DNA from: Leucoraja ocellata
Lineage: Eukaryota
NCBI GenBank assembly: GCA_036785375.1
Contig: JAWMAR010000034.1
Coordinates: 4,588,001-4,652,000 of the forward strand
Direction of reading: 5' to 3'
DNA: 64,000 nt
Shown: positions 62,918-64,000 of the stretch, in pieces
Layout of the letters: the number at the start of each line of letters is the position of its first letter
How positions within the stretch are numbered: position 1 is the stretch's first letter
Notes under the pieces: generated by a model
The model's database searches: none
What the model was told of the DNA's origin: nothing
What the model saw: the letters and a program-made list of their open reading frames with translations, nothing else
Position numbers and translations under genes: made by a program

Positions 62918-63373
62918 GTAAGTTTGTGGGGTGACTTTAGATAATTAATTGCATATTTTATCAAGCAAGTAATGGGTCAGTTTTACCAACTGCATTTAAA
63001 CATTGCTTGCAGGAGTTTACTCGGTAGATAACATTGTATTTACCTCTTAAGTGCCAAGACCAATTTGTGGTGCCTATATTAGCTTGTGAGCTTAATTCTA
63101 GAACTTCTGTTCCTAGTTAGTGGAAATGGTGCAGGTTGAAATGCTAAATGAAGAATAAGGAATTTAAGGGTTAGTTGTATCCAGCTACAATTGTTCTAAC
63201 AATGGGTTTAAGTGGCATTTCTATTATACAGGAGAGTTTGAGAACAGATTTCAAGAAGGATGATGTCCTTTTGATCAATGTAGAATCACGGAAATGTCAG
63301 TTTGAAAGCAAGGATGGAATAAAAATGATTAGCAAACTTTTGTTTTTCTGGGGGGAAATAGAAGGAAGTGCAA

Positions 63374-63672
63374 AAATAGACAATAGGTGCAGGAGTAGAC
63401 CATTCAGCCCTTCGAGCCAGCACCGCCTTTCAATGTGATCATGGTTGATCATCCCCAATCAGTACCCCGTTCCTGCCTTCTCCCCATAGCCCGTGACTGC
63501 TATCTCTAAGAGCCCTATCTAGCTCTCTCTTGAAAGTATCCAGAGAACCTTGCCTCTAAGGCAGATAATTCCACAGACTCACAACTCTCTGTGTGAAAAA
63601 GTGTTTCCTCATCTCCGTTCTAAATGGCTTACCCCTTATTCTTAATCTGTGGCCCCTGGTTCTAGACTCCCC
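63374..63672 (-). mobile_element. CR1/HER1 3' end
   Basis: GESRTRGH..FFTQRVVSLWN; same subfamily as 15461-16287. Confidence 0.88.
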
Positions 63673-63805
63673 CCTGTGGAATTGTGGAATGGCGCTAAAT
63701 AACTGATATTTCAAGTGATCTTGATTTTGGCACAAGAGTCTTGACTGATCTGTTCCAAAATATAAGTATATTGTCAACCAGCTAATTAGTCAATTATCTT
63801 TTCAG

Positions 63806-63985
63806 ACTGCAGAAAAAGATGAATATGAACATCAATTAAAAGAAATTGAGAAAGTCTGCAATCCAATTATGGCCAAGTTGTATCAAGGTGCTGGTGGCAT
63901 GCCTGGTGGTATGCCAGAAGGCTTTCCTGGAGCTGGTGCTGCTCCTGGAGGAACATCTGGACCAACTATTGAAGAAGTTGACTAA
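63806..63985 (+). CDS. HSPA8: HSC70 coding exon 8 (180 nt incl. stop)
   Basis: [34 protein letters not shown]; total CDS 1935 nt. Confidence 0.98.
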   Translation, partial: TAEKDEYEHQLKEIEKVCNPIMAKLYQGAGGMPGGMPEGFPGAGAAPGGTSGPTIEEVD

Positions 63986-64000
63986 AACATATGCATCACT

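Overview
Vertebrate genomic DNA, most likely from a cartilaginous fish (skate/ray-like), inferred from HE1-type tRNA SINEs, CR1/HER1 LINEs and abundant Penelope-derived short elements. Two spliced protein-coding genes lie on the + strand. (1) A 13-exon CRTAM (CD355) gene at 21506-46554: signal peptide, split IgV and IgC domains, five Ser/Thr-rich stalk exons, TM helix, C-terminal ESTV PDZ ligand. As given it has homopolymer-associated frame breaks in the TM and first cytoplasmic exons. (2) A complete HSC70/HSPA8-type gene, CDS 55839-63985, 8 coding exons, 644 aa, ending EEVD. It has a CpG-island promoter with heat-shock elements and apparently lacks intronic U14 snoRNAs. The rest is mostly repeats: Tc1 transposons, three non-autonomous Helitrons, Harbinger-like MITEs, Rex1-like and CR1 fragments, Penelope remnants with minimal hammerhead-ribozyme cores, and a BEL/Pao LTR remnant whose 3' UTR contains a full-length tRNA-Asp copy with encoded CCA. 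Several locally templated duplications are also visible. All calls are by eye. Repeat boundaries are approximate and comparisons to human genes are from recalled knowledge.
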